Shown: positions 11,701-25,425, counted from the stretch's first letter. The stretch: 64,000 bases of DNA from Epiperipatus broadwayi (GCA_028023455.1 JAQFVV010000011.1:1922001-1986000), one strand, 5' to 3'. A program made the numbers and translations. The notes: generated from the sequence alone by a model not told the origin.

Positions 11701-12344
11701 ATAAGCTCACACATATCATAAATTAACTTCTTCTGCAGTGGGCTTTTAAAAAGTTTTTGATACCTAGCCTGATAGTAGTTCTTAATTGAATTCAATCTTT
11801 AATCATATTTTCTCACTGAAATCAATTAATACTGCAGTTCTTTATAAAATAAATGAAGTATGATCTTTAATGAAAACCTTTCTCAAGTTTATTATAAAAC
11901 TAACTTGTTTACTAAGCTTGTCACCATTGCTTCAAAGAACCTTATCTATTAAAGATAATTATATATATATATATATAAGTGTGAACTCGCACAAAAAGCT
12001 GGAGACTAGTAATAAAAAAGGGATGACATGTAAAATGTGAGAATTCTACAAATAATTCTACAAAAAAAATATTCTACAGTAATAAAGAACAAAAACAAAA
12101 ATAATCGTTGCAATTACCACATCTTGCAAATTGCCAAACATTTTAAAGGAAAAGTGAAATATCAACAAAATCTATAAAGAAAAAAGCTTCAGAAAATGAT
12201 GGTCAATGTTTTTTTTTTTTAAAAAAAGGTGAAGAAATGAAAAATTATTGGTAAAACTACGTAAAAAATGTTTAAATGATTAAGATGTATTAAATTATTG
12301 AAAGAATGCAGTATAAATGCTGATATTTTAAAATGAAGATAAAG

Positions 12345-13570
12345 AGAGTATTAGACCTATTACAATATCTATAGAAAATCTTTACCAAGATAATTACAAT
12401 TCATCTGTAGCAAACTTAGGATTCAAATCAACCAAAAAAAAACACCTAAATTTAAAATTAATTTTAGCACACTAGATCAAATATTGAGAGAAGTTATAAG
12501 GGCAAAATATCATTGAATATGAGTTGCCATTATGGTTTGGATTTACAAAGTATAAGCATTTTCACAAGGCATCATATGAAAATAAGTGGTATAGAATGAA
12601 CAACGGTTGGCCAATGGGTCTCCCTCTGAGTGGGATTATTTCCAGCATTGTTTTAAATCATTTTGAACAACAAGTGCTTCCAAAATTCCAAATAGCAGGA
12701 CCAGGTACAATTTATATTAGATATGTGGATGACATATTTATAGCAGCACCAGAAAACACAACCAAAGATATTTTATGTGAATTCCACTCGTTCTAGCCTG
12801 ATTTTTAATTATACATATGAGAAATGTAGTCAAGTACCTTGATTTAAAAATCAATAGAGAGAATGCTGCACTCAACTATTCCATGATGATCAAGCCCTTG
12901 TGCATTGGAAGTTACCTCCATCCACTCTCAAAATCCCCCAAATCACACAAACTGGCAGGACTATCTGCTTTCTTATTTCGTAATATATGCAAATTAGAGT
13001 CGGACAAGAAAAACAACATCACCAGCTACATCAGGGATTTAATAAGCATGGGCTTTAATCACAGAACAATAGCCAACATGATTGAAGGCTTTCATAAAAG
13101 ACTTCAACAAAATAAAAAAGAAGACAGACAACATCTGACTGTACCATATATACCTGCAGTGGCAAAAAACTTCAGTAAAACTTTACAGAAAGAAGTTAAA
13201 CTAGGATTTAGAACCCCTCCAAATATCAATAGGCTTATTAATAACATCAAATATAAAAGAAATATTGAAGCAACCCCCTCCCCTTCCAGGTAATATACAG
13301 AATTGTGTGCCCTCAAATGGGCAATAGATTGGCTCAACACAAATACACATCTATAAGAGAAATAACCAAAAAAAAGGCAGTTCTGTATTTGCTGACCACC
13401 AGGAAGAGCTCAACCACAGATTTGAATCCTCCAAGGCTGATATATTATGCACAGAAGGGAATGACATCAAGAGAAAAATTAAGGAAGCTTGTTTTATCAC
13501 CAGTAATATCAAATCAATAAATAGAAAAGACACTTATTTTGCCATTTCCAGAAAATGGATAATATAGGAG
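12345..13570 (+). mobile_element. Penelope-like element relic: reverse transcriptase, thumb and GIY-YIG endonuclease; internally deleted and frameshifted
   Basis: GWPMGLPLSGIISSIVLNHFE and YIRYVDDIF (RT); YLDLKI...KP...SYLHPLSKSP (thumb); TVPYIPAV and VIYRIVCP; FADHQEELNHRF...KRKIKEACFI...INR...W (GIY-YIG C-terminal part). Confidence 0.9.
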
Positions 13571-13844
13571 ATAGTTTTGCATACATTTGCATATAATGAC
13601 ATTAATAATCTAAGAGGGTATGATTATGGAGTAACAAAACTCTGAAAGCACTTAGTCTGCAGAAATTATGATATAGAAAGCCTACAGAAATTATTATATA
13701 GAAGTTTCACCGCGACACATCAGCGTGTTATTAGTGACTAAAGCTTTGAACCATCATAATATTGATCTAGGATAGTCATAATCTTATCAAAATGCAACAG
13801 CAATGATTAGATTACATGTTTACATGTTAATACTAAGAAGATTA

Positions 13845-14600
13845 ACATTGAGAAGGATGGATGACTCCATATCTCTAAAAAATTTTATAGTAGTTTTGCA
13901 AGAAATATTTCGTGGATTAAAATAGAAAGTTAAGGAAAATGGAAATTATTTAAGTCATCTCAATTTTGTAGATATTGTGACTGTTTTTGCAAATAATGCT
14001 TCAAAGCTTCTAGAAAATATTGCAAAAGTTATGAGATGAAAGTAAGAAAACAGGACTAAAGAAGACTACAATGGTCAAATTATTAATAAGGAAACATAAT
14101 GGCTGAAATTATTTGCTTTTGATAAAAATAATGTTAAAAGAAAATATGCCTATAAGTTTAAAAAAGGTTTTTATAAATGTGTTTTACTACTTTGTATTTA
14201 GAAATCTAAGACTTGAACCAGAACAATACAAAGATTTAAAAAAGCTAAATAAAATATGAAGAGATGTATGTTGGAAGAAGAAAAGATTGAAAGAAAAATA
14301 TTTGGATGAAAAAACAAGCAGCTATTAATGACATTAATGAATGAATTGAGACTGAAATAGAGCTAGATTAGACATATTGCCAGAAGATATGATAACAGAT
14401 GGATAGTTAAATCTTGAATTAGTCCCCAAGAGATTGTAAAAGATCTTAAAAAAGATAACATGTGATGGATAAGTGAAATAAGAAAATTTGTATGTGGAGA
14501 AGAGAAGCTAAGGATATGAGAAAGAGAAACTGAATTAAACTTGAAGAGATCATCCTAAAGTGGATCAATAACAGTTGAAAATAAGAATGATAATGATGAT
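13845..14600 (+). mobile_element. RTE-clade LINE 3' portion, degraded
   Basis: NGNYLSHLNFVD RT motif, RTE-type C-terminal region, (gat)n-like tail. Confidence 0.8.
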
Positions 14601-15185
14601 TTATAATAGGAAATTTGCTCACATCACATCCAGAAAGCTGAAGAACACACAAATCGATCTTATGATCTTGCCCCTATATTAAAATCTTATATTTTATTAA
14701 TAAAGTCCATATTCCATACAATAACCTTTTCAAAGTAACAGCCTTGAAATGTAGTTAGTTGTGCTTAATTGCAGCAATACTTGAAAATCAAGATATCAAA
14801 ATAATTTCATGTTACCACATATACTTTTTAAAATGAGCTAAAGACTTTTCGAACTATCACTGACTGATACAAGATTTTACTTTTATTAGACTAAAATCTT
14901 TATAAGCTGCATTCAAAACACTGAGTACATTCTGTAATTAGTAAAATGTAAGTTCAAAAGTTGCAATCATGGTAAACAAATAAATTATTTTGGCTTTTAG
15001 TTGATTCAAATTAATAACATTAACCATAAATTTATATCACATCTTGGCATTAGCTTCATGAAGATGCATATAAATTATTCCAAAAATCACTGACATAAGC
15101 AAAAACAAAGTTTGAACTATGCACATATAGCTAAGTTCCATGTGAAAAAAAAATTAAAAATATTAGTCAGTAAGAAGTGGAAAAA

Positions 15186-16015
15186 GGAAAAATACTCATT
15201 TAGCATGAATTGCATCTTGGGAGAATTGTAAAATATTAATGAGCATGAATAGCATCTTGGGAGAATAGAAAAATACAAGTTAGCATGAATTGCATCTTGT
15301 GAAAATGGAAAAATACTAGTTGAGCATGAATTTCATATTGGAAATATAGTAGTCAGCCAGAAATGAATCTTGAGAAAATGGGAAAATACTAGCCATCATG
15401 AATTGAATATTGGGAAAATACTAGTTCAGTAAATACTAGTAGAATGAATTGCATCTTGGGAAAATGGAAAAAATACTAGTTCAGCAGAAATTGCATTCTG
15501 GGAAATGAAAAAAATACTAATCTGCATAAATTTCATCTTGGGAAAGTGGGAAAATATTAGTTATTATGAATTGCATCTTAAGAAAATGGAAAAAATACTA
15601 ATTCAGAATGAATTCATTTTGAGAAAATGGAAAAATACTAACCAGCATGAATTGCATCTTGTGAAAATGGAATAATATTAGTCAGCATAAATTGAATCTT
15701 GGGGGAAAATGAAAATAATACAAATTCTGAATGAATTTCATCTTGAAAAAATGGAAAAATACTAGTGAGCACGAATTGCATCTTGGGAAAAATACTAATA
15801 AGCAGAAATTGGATCTTGGGGAAAATGTAAAAAACTAGTTCAGTATAAATTATACCTTAAGAAAATTGAAAAATTACTAGATAGCATGAATTGCATTTTG
15901 TGAAAATGGATAAATCTAGTTCAGCATGAATTGTAATTTGGGAAATGGAAAAATAATAGCATGACTAACAACTTGGTAAAATAAAAAAATACTATTCAAC
16001 ATAAATTGCATCTTG
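15186..16015. repeat. Minisatellite, ~40-bp unit (agcatgaattgcatcttgggaaaatggaaaaatactagtt), ~20 copies
   Basis: Direct inspection; no long ORF. Confidence 0.95.
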
Positions 16016-16389
16016 TCAGGTTTATGTTTTTAGCACTTTTAAAGTGAAACATTGGAGCTTGTTACCTTGACTGTGAGCAAGTGAACTGCTTGCTGCAGGA
16101 CTACTATGAAGACATCTGGTCAGGTGATATCTCTGTTGCCATATTGTTTTTAAAATTATCATTTAATAATTTGATTTTTGTTAAAATTTTGAATGAAAAT
16201 TATCACAATACATTGTAAAAATGTGTGAATTAATTCTGCGTTGAACAAAGTATGTACTGGGAAGTTTTTTCATATCGGAATGGTGCAGTAGAAATAACAA
16301 TACAGAAATATTATTCATTAAGCAGACAATCTCTAGTCTAATGAATGACTAATAAAAATAATTAATATATTACCATTAAGTGGTTTGTG

Positions 16390-16640
16390 TTAAAGTAGTG
16401 AGGGTGGTAAGTTTGATACTTATCAATTAAACTGTAGTAACTGGCTGATCTGGGCCAACTGATGAGTGATGCTCCAGCACGAAATGTGCATCTTGAGAAT
16501 CATACATTTTTTCACAATCTTTTGTTATATGTTTATGACTACACCCTTCCACAAGGTGCTAAAAATGGTTAGAAACGAATCCCTGTCTTGTGGAGAGTGG
16601 TGTAATGAAAATGACACTACAGAAATATTATTCATTAAGT
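16390..16640 (+). mobile_element. Family D subfamily (TGTGCA helix III) copy with HHR
   Basis: Reverse-complement homologue at 34590-34790; further homologues at 16270-16370 and 44040-44280. Confidence 0.7.
16446..16503 (+). ncRNA. Type I hammerhead ribozyme motif, core intact, helix I weak
   Basis: CCAA-CTGATGA-GTGATG-ctc-CAGCAC-GAAA-TGTGCA-TC-TTGA; helix II 5/6 paired, AUC cleavage triplet. Confidence 0.65.
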
Positions 16641-17421
16641 GGATATGCAGTCTCCTTTCATTTGATGATTTAGCAAAAAATAGCTTATAGCCATCTACAT
16701 GTTTAAACTGAACTTGATTTCTCAGGGAGAAGAGCTTTTTAAGAGGAGTGATATGAATCTTGACAGTTGTTTAGCTACAAGACTGGACAGGTTTTGAGTT
16801 CACTTCAAGCAAAGTGAGCAGATTCTATAAATGTAAATTTATTAAAATACTTTTATCCAATACAACTTTTTCCTGCTTTACCACCATTAATGTTGTTGAT
16901 TTTATAATGTTTTGCATTAATTTAATGATCATCAATCAGGCATGTGTTTTAGATCTCTACTACTTTCATGATAGGTTGGAAAAAAATTATCCCAAATGTG
17001 GATTCAAAACCACTCATTGCTATTTGCACTGCCTTATGCAAAGATTACAATTAAGGACTCTTAATTTCCTATCAAAGGCTTCTGGAGCATAGTCCTGTAG
17101 GACATGGAGGTCCATGTTTCTATCTATAAAAATATAACACAATCTGCATATGGAAAATCATGAGAAACTATCCTCACATTACACCTTTTAATATGACCTA
17201 TATATAAAAAGTTACAAGCATATGGTAAACTTTCTTTTATAGATAATAAAATTTATTGAATTCACATCAAAAAAATTATCTCAATACAAAAAACTGGAAA
17301 TGGCTTCTTATGGGCCAACTTTTTTTTTTGCAATAAAAAATGAATAATTATTTGTGACAATAGTCCAAATTTTAAATAATCTCGTAGGTTTCTAATATAA
17401 TGGTGGAAAAAATAAAAAGAT

Positions 17422-17521
17422 GTCAAGCGTTGTTAGCCGAGAGGTCATCGCAGCCGCCTTGCAAGCAAGTTGTTGGTTGTAGACGGTTGTGGGTTCGCGT
17501 CCCGGCCCTGCTATGACATAT
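17422..17521 (+). mobile_element. tRNA-derived SINE copy
   Basis: TSD GAAAAAATAAAAAGAT (17406-17421 and 17522-17537); near-identical to 6837-6945. Confidence 0.9.
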
Positions 17522-19853
17522 GAAAAAATAAAAAGATAGCCCATTATCACTGAGGTGGAATAGTTGTAATATAAAAAAAGATTTAGGATAAAGGTAAATA
17601 TTTTTAATTTTTTTTCTACATCTTCAAGTATGTAAATGTGCAAACCTTGCTAGATCTGCTGAATAGTATTATTCTCAGGAAGAAGATATCAAGCGTAGCT
17701 TCTTTTATTCAACCGTCTTTCGAAGAAAAAAAATTTAACTGAATAGGTAAATGGCAATTTTTCTGGAAGGCAAACTATCAAAAAAGGATATTACACAGTG
17801 TTAAATTTTCCTATTAACTCTAAATGAGGAATCAACTCTATAAAAATTGTTTTCAATATGTTGTTTTTATAAAAACAGTGAAAACTCTCTAACCATGAAT
17901 ATATTACTTCATTCTATTCTTTCAAAACTAAATTTTTTTCATTAAATCTATATTTTTATTATCACTGTTAAATAAGTTTTTTATTTTTAATAAATTTAAA
18001 AAAAATATTACTTTGGAAGTCTAAGATTTCTATTATTCATGTTTATCTATTCTTTTGGATTTGCTTCATTAATTCATCAATTTTCACCTTATAGGAATTA
18101 ACTTCTTTTCATAATTTCTTATGCTGTTTGTTTTCACAAATATCTTAGTGCTCAATTTCATTTATGCTTTTTTCTCATGTCTGCCTCTCTTATTCTCAAA
18201 TTATCTTTTAAATAGGCCAAATTTTGGCCAAGCAATTTTCTTTGAAAATGGTGCACAATCTTTTTATACTTGCAACCCCTATACTCAGACTGAAATTTTA
18301 TGTGACCCATTATATGTTGTTACCAACCTAGTAAATATAAAAATTGTTTTACCACATATGATTTGATATAAGATCTTTGAAAAAAACTGCATATTAACAA
18401 AAATTATATAATACTTGGTTCTTAGTAGATCAGTTGATTTGTAGCAATTATGACTTTTAGAAAATGTGTACATTAAAGAAAGTAATACCATGTATCAGTG
18501 TTAGGAGGGATACTAACACAAAGAAAAAAACTGATAGTGAACAAGAGAAATGAGAGTAATATAAGCAAAATGGTGTTATGATGTGCTGTTTATTCAAAGT
18601 GGATTGGAATATAAAGAAGAAAGTGTTTAAACACAAATGTCATCAGAAATACAATAATTAGTTGAGCACTTTTCATGTATCTTTTAATAGTGTTTAGGTT
18701 TTTGATATTCAACTAAAAGTTTATTATCCAACATGAGAACTTCTCAAAATTTTCACGACCCTCAAAAATTTTTCTGCAACCGTTTGAGGGATCATGCACA
18801 CAATGAATTGTTTTTGTTGTTTATTTTGTTTTTGTAAATTATTTCCTTTTTTTTTCTCTTTGTTTGTTCATAAACTAACTATTTTATTTTCCACTTTGAA
18901 AATTAACAATGCTTAAAATTAATTTTCACTTTATATGCAGCTAAAAATCATTAGTTTATAATGTTTTCCAATGAACATCACTAATATAGACATAAATGTA
19001 TATGACTGGAATACTATTCTATTGTTTTAAAATAAAATAAACATTATGCTGAAAATATAAGACCACAGAATTTTATTGTGATAAAAAAATTAAGGATTAA
19101 AAAAAAGAAACATATATAAAATAGAAAATGGTAGTAGTTGTTATTTCAAAATCGAAATCATTATTATATGATAACTAGTGTTCTATAAAATACTAGATTA
19201 TTTCTCTCAAAACTTTCTATTTGACAGCAATAAAACATAAAAAGAATTTTTTTCTAAGAAATTTTTAAGAGAGATATTTATGAATGTACAGATTATAGTT
19301 GCTATAGAAAGCAAAAACAAAACTATCTATGCAGGTGAATGGCTCCCAGAATTGATGACATCAATTCAGATAATAAATCCAAGTCCCGTGGAATAAAAAA
19401 TATGTAAAAAAAAAATAGATGGGTGAAATATCAGAATCATGAGCAAGTCAAAGAGCATGGCAAATTTATTATCCAAAATAGGGGTAATTCTATAGAAAAA
19501 ATGATTTGCCAATTGGGAGACCATATAAAATTAGAATACAGGAAGTGGTGATGAAACTGAACTGCAATCCGCATAGTTTTAATTTCTAAATATACCACTA
19601 AAACATACAGCTTTATGAAACAAAATGAATAATGTAGGGTAAAGAAAGAATTTAAATTATCAGTAACATGGGTTAAGATCAAATACAAGAGAAAGTTTTG
19701 TAAGTAATATGACAGTAAGTGAAAAGTTACTGTTTAGAATGAAATCTGATGGTTATTTAAATAAATATACTGGCGAGTTAACATGAAATTGGCGTGATTA
19801 GAAATCCTAAATAAAATGCAAAAATAATAATGATAATGGAAAATTAGAATACT

Positions 19854-20200
19854 GTATTGAGTTAGAGTAGGGAATTAAGATTGTAAAAAAATGAAGAAAG
19901 AAAGAAGCAATCAATGTTCATTTTTTAGAGATAATATTATGCAATAAAATGATAAATCACAAAAGAAAGGTTCACAAATAGATATAAAATGGATTAGAGA
20001 TAAATATTGTGTAATAAAAATGATAAATCACAAAAGGAAGGTTTACAAATAGATATAAATGAATCCATTTTATATCTATTTGTGAACCTTTCTTTTGTGA
20101 TTTATGATTTTCATTACATTATACTATCTCTAAAAAATGAACATTGATTGCTTTTTTTCTCATCTTTTTACAATCTTAACTTCCTATTCTAACTTAGTAC
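19854..20200. repeat. Fold-back: ~140-bp inverted arms (19854-19995 / 20062-20200); the spacer is a direct copy of the arm end
   Basis: aatcaatgttcatttttt...cacaaaagaaaggttcacaaatagatataaaatggatt versus its reverse complement. Confidence 0.9.
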
Positions 20201-21120
20201 AACCTCCTCACCAGTGCCATTAAACATTGGTGTTAAATCTGCAAAAATATTCTTGCTCTAGCCACAAGATAAAGACTTTGAGGAAATAAGAGAAGCCATC
20301 TTATTCCGAACTCAAATGCTATTCTGAGCCAATCTTAATTGTCTAGAAATGAGAGCATGAAACTATAAATCATTCACTTTAAATCCATTTCTTATTTTTA
20401 CACTCTACTTCTGAATTTAGATGATATTAAATTATATAATATTCAATAAATTTTACAAGTGCAGTGTTTAGATTGTAATTATATATAAAGCAATCAAACC
20501 TCCTCAGCAATGCCATTAAACATTGGTGTTAAATATGCAAAAATACTCTCACTCTAACCACAAGATAAAGACTTTGAGGAAATAGGAGTGGCCATCTTAT
20601 TTCTAAATTCAAATGTTATTATATGAGCCAATCTTAAATACCCAGAAATGAGAGTGTGAATATATAAATCATTCACTTTAAATCCATATCTTATTTTAAT
20701 ACTCTTATTAACATTTCTGAAAAATTAAAATTTACTTTGTGAAAATATTAGACAATGTCAAATTATGTAATATTTGATAAATTTTACAAGTGTATTGAGC
20801 ACCATTGAACATTGATGTTAAATCTGCAAAGATACTCCCACCTTAGCCACAAGATGAAGACTTTAAGGAAATAAAAGGGATCATCTTATTTCCAAACTCC
20901 AATGTTATTATATGAGCCAATCTTAAGTAAGCATCTAGAAATAAAATTGTGAATGATTTATATATGCACAATCTCACTTATCTTATGGCTAGAGTGAGAA
21001 TATCCTTGCAGATTTAATACCAATGTTTAACAGTGCTAGTGAGGAGGTTTGGTTGCTTTCTATATAGTTACAATCTAAACACCATGCTTGTAAAATTTAT
21101 TGGGTATTACATAATTTAAA
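20201..21120. repeat. Tandem array of ~290-296-bp units (2.6 copies) ending in an inverted partial copy (20978-21120)
   Basis: acattggtgttaaat at 20224, 20520 and 20809; reverse-complement copy at the right end. Confidence 0.9.
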
Positions 21121-22399
21121 GTATGCTTACGAACAGTATAAAAGTATACTGAAACAACCTGAAAATGATATAGATTTTGATCATAATTAATTAATTGTAG
21201 TATTATCTTTTAAATAAATAAATATATATGTAATAAACAGTATGGCTATTGATACATTGTCAAATTAGAGAAAAAAATTAACATATGTTGAATAAAAAAA
21301 TAAATATAGATAGCTGGTTAAAACTAGTTAAGTAAATTCATAATATTATTGTTTAGGGAAAGTTTTACGAATTCTGCAGCAAAGATAGTGAATTGTGAAA
21401 GATGTAATAGATCAAAAAGTCTTAAAGTAGTGACCTTTTCTGTCAGCACTCATCATACTTCTTTATTAATATTGTCATTTGATTCATAATTCTTATATTT
21501 GTTGTAAAATAATTTTAAACTTTAGTTTTTATTTTTCACCAGTAGGTGGAGGTTCTTATTTTAAAAAAATGGCATATTGTAGTTGAAAAAAAAAGCTACT
21601 GTTAATAAAGGTATCTGTGAGTATAGAGTTATGTTTGTTAGAATTTATTTTTATTTTTCAATACAATTTGACAAAAACTGATAAGTATAATTTTTAAAAT
21701 CATCAATTCTCATTAGTATTTATTAGCAATTTCTTGTTGAAATATAAGATGACTATCAATACGAAAGGCAACCAAATACGCAAAACTTTTACTTTAATTA
21801 AATAATTACTGTTTAAGATGATTTAAAAATATATTTCTCTCATTTTGTAATATTGTACAAATATTCACATTTTAAAAAATAAATAGTGTAATGAATTAGA
21901 GTTGAATGTTTACGTATGAGTGCACTAAAACGTCTCATTTCTAGAAGGCATTATTCGAATGAAATCATTTGTGGTAAGGGTTAATAAAAATGTGAATTAA
22001 AAATAAATTACAATATATAAATATATGAAGTACAAATATGTAATGAATATTGAAAAGTGGTTTATGATGGGAAACAAATAAAGCTAGGCAAGAATTTTTA
22101 TTAGAAAGAAATGAAAAGTTACAAAGGCGTATTTGATTGAATGCAGGCCTAAAGTTATTTATTTAAAGTAATTTAATTACAAAAATATTCATTAATTCAA
22201 GTTAAATCAAATAAATATTACAGCTTTCCTGACAATAAGATTTGTATGCAGAAAGCAATAAAATCCATAAAAAAATAGCTACATGAATTTACATGGTTAA
22301 ATAATTAATACTGATAAGAGTTAAAACATTAGCATTTAAACTAATCACAAAATAAGTTTCTGCTAAAATTAAATTCTTCAGGTGGCTTCTAAAACTAGA

Positions 22400-24560
22400 G
22401 ATGGATAATATTGATATAGTCAATCCTAAATAGCATGCGACTATAGGGAAGAAATAATAGCAAGATACATACTCTGATGTTGATTATGTGATTTATGCAA
22501 AACCAGTACATTCAAATGTGCATAATGAAAGAGATATGTGAATGTATTAACGATAACAAATGCAATATGTCCTAAAATACAGTTAGTGACTGTTTCTAGA
22601 ATTAATGTAGATAAAGTTGATTTAGTGAATATACTGTATATCATACTTAAGAAACAAATACTTTACTGTATCTAATCTTCTATCCAATATAATACATGAA
22701 GAATCATTCAGCAACATATATAGCTAAAAGCGCACCTTTACTTAATTCTTCCCATATCATTAATGCATAAGACAGCATACTTTGATAGAAAGATTTCTAA
22801 ATAAGAACTAGTGTTAGATAATTTTAGGCAAGTAATATAACAGATAAATCAGTCTACATAGATAGCAAAGAACACTGATAAGATATCCATGACAAACAAG
22901 AATCTATTGACATGCCAAGATAAAAATGTTCAACAAACTCAACATTACTACAAATAGAATCATTATTATAACATTAGCACAGTTTGAATAAGTATCTCTG
23001 TGTATAATCACATATAATTACCTTAGTTTTATTAATGTTAACATTGTTTGAATTTAAAATGACCTCACATAGTAGATAAGGCATGCCTAACGCACTTTTG
23101 TAGACAATCCCTAGCTAATCCAGATGCCATAAATGCAAGTCATAAGCATACGCATACAAAATTGAATACTGATATAATTCAAAAGCATCATTTAAATATA
23201 TTATAAGGAGAAAAGAATCTAACACTGACTACTGCACAACTCTTCAATTAATTTTTTTTTTTACTCATAATATTATCAATTATTACCATTTGCTTCTAAT
23301 CTTGCAAGAAACAATCCTATTTTTGAATATAATCAAATGATTTGGTAAAATCAAAATGTGTACCAATAATGTAGTGAATATTTTCCAAAGATTTGGCAAT
23401 AAAGTATACATTTTCATTAATTACACACATCATACTTCCACTTGATAAGATACCACATTGTTTATCATGGAGGATGTCATCAATAGATAAATAATATAAT
23501 CTGGATTTAAAAGACAAGTCAAGCAATTGTAGATAAAGCAAAAATAACTACTATAAATCCCATAATTTTCAATCAATTTTTATTCTCCTTTTTAAAAAAA
23601 TTGAATTAATAATACTAAATTTCAATATCTTAAGGAAACATCTGATAGAAAACGATAAATTGATTAAATACGTTAATACTGGAATAAAATATAAAATATA
23701 AATTAATAGCATTTTAAAATAAAAGCCACAATTAATGTGCCACAGAGTTATCATTACATAAACCAAGAAACAAATAATAAATTAGGTGCCCCCTCAGATC
23801 TATTATTGGATTTCTATTAATGTTAGTATTACCTTGGAACAGAATTAGAATCATGTTGGCCAATAAAATGGTGATTAACGGCATCAACAATACATTTAGA
23901 ATTATCTATAACACGGACCAATTTGTTAATAGACAGATGCATCAAATGTTTATCTTTTTTCAATAAAGAATTAGTAATTTTCCACATTATATTATGACCT
24001 TTATTGTCTAAGCATTTAGCATAATAATCTCATTTAGCATGTATGCACATTGACTTAATTTACTTGCTCAATTGCATGACTAAATCTTCAAAAAATTTCA
24101 TTTTCTCAAAATAACACCTATGATTTATCGGAAAAATTATTTTATCACTAATCCAGAATGAACTAAGGTACTCACTTTATTAAAACGTCACTGAACTATC
24201 ATTGCTTTCTAAAGCTTACTGCAAGCGGCATATTGTTCATTATCAAGGTATATGAATACATTTCTACTATTTTTTACCTTGCGTAGTTGAAGTCAAAATT
24301 CAGAAAATTTTATTTTGGTGGTCTTGTTCCGTTCTGAGTAATAGTTATTTTTAATTCCATGTTGGTTATAATTCTTTTTTGAACATCCAAAAAATTTGAA
24401 TATAGAAATTTCATTGATGAGGATATGGTCCTTCTTACAATAACAATTTTTAGAGATATAATAAACTCTGCTGATGTATTGATAAAATGTTCATATCTCC
24501 TTTTATTGGTATGCAGTTTACAACTAAAATAAACACAAAACATTACTAACAAAAAAAGTG
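22400..24560 (-). mobile_element. Degraded CR1/L2/Jockey-like LINE ORF2 (RT)
   Basis: PVLTYLINLSFS..FLKILKFSII, QCGILSSGS...IIGTHFDFTKSFD and VVQ*SVLDSFLLIIYLND...YAYDL match RT domains 0-5; many stops. Confidence 0.75.
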
Positions 24561-25286
24561 CAATCGAAATAATTTGAATGTGGTATTCTTATAAGCAATT
24601 CATGAAGGAATCAGTAAAAATGTGAACATCTCCAAGATCATTTGGACTAAGTTGATAAAGCAAACTTTTATGATATCATGTTCTTTGGATCTTTGTTATC
24701 AATGTTTTTTTTTTAGTTATAGGTTATGTATTGATAGAGAGGCAACCTGGAGAGAAGGTTTTACCATTTAATGGACAAAAGAACTATTACATCTCTAAAT
24801 ATCTAAGTCTAGTTATTGTGAGAAGAGTAATTTTTAAGCTCGTCAAATAATATGAATACAATAGTCCAACAAGAAATCAGTTTCTAGATCAAGTGAGGGA
24901 ACCAACAAAAATGTGAACATCTCTGAAACTAGAAATTCAATGATTTAACACACGTGCTAAACTTTATCTCTTATCGCATTTGATAATAAGTAAAAAATCA
25001 TTACCATCATCATAATTAGCAAATATTCACGGTTTTACTCTAGAAGTTAAAAAATAAAATGTTAGAAAATAAAAAAAGACATATTTTGCAATGGCTATGT
25101 ATAACCCAATCTACAAACTGTAAACATTCGTATATATGGTACGTTCTTCAACCTGTTTATTTGACATCTTGGGATCCCGTCTTTGAACTTTTTTTACAGT
25201 AAACTTTATTTTTGAAATCATAGAACAGTTATACAATAAATTAACTGCCAAAGCCTGGTGAAGCAGTTAACAGTAATACTAATTAG

Positions 25287-25425
25287 ATTCATTATCATCA
25301 TCATTTTCAATCAATATTAATTTATCGCAGAATGAAAGTCTCTTCAAGTATCTTCAGTTTCTCCACTATATAGTCATTTTTTTCACATCACATCTTCAAA
25401 CTTCATCCATCCATCTTAATTCTTA
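25287..25425 (-). mobile_element. RTE 3'-end fragment
   Basis: Minus strand agatggatggatgaag...gagactttcattctgc...atgatgatgat resembles 40313-40479. Confidence 0.6.

Noticed and set aside
13640-13720. CTGCAGA...AGAAA tandem motifs after the PLE ORF as pLTR hammerheads
   Set aside because: The core is mutated and no credible helix I or II forms.
15186-16015. CRISPR-like array
   Set aside because: Degenerate contiguous tandem units without unique spacers, in a eukaryotic context.
18730-18800. hAT MITE subterminal relic (cgaccctcaaaaattttt...)
   Set aside because: Too short and degenerate, with no TIR found.
20440-20515. Minus-strand CTGAGGA plus hairpin in the 296-bp array as an HHR
   Set aside because: No GAAA at the base of the hairpin and wrong spacing.
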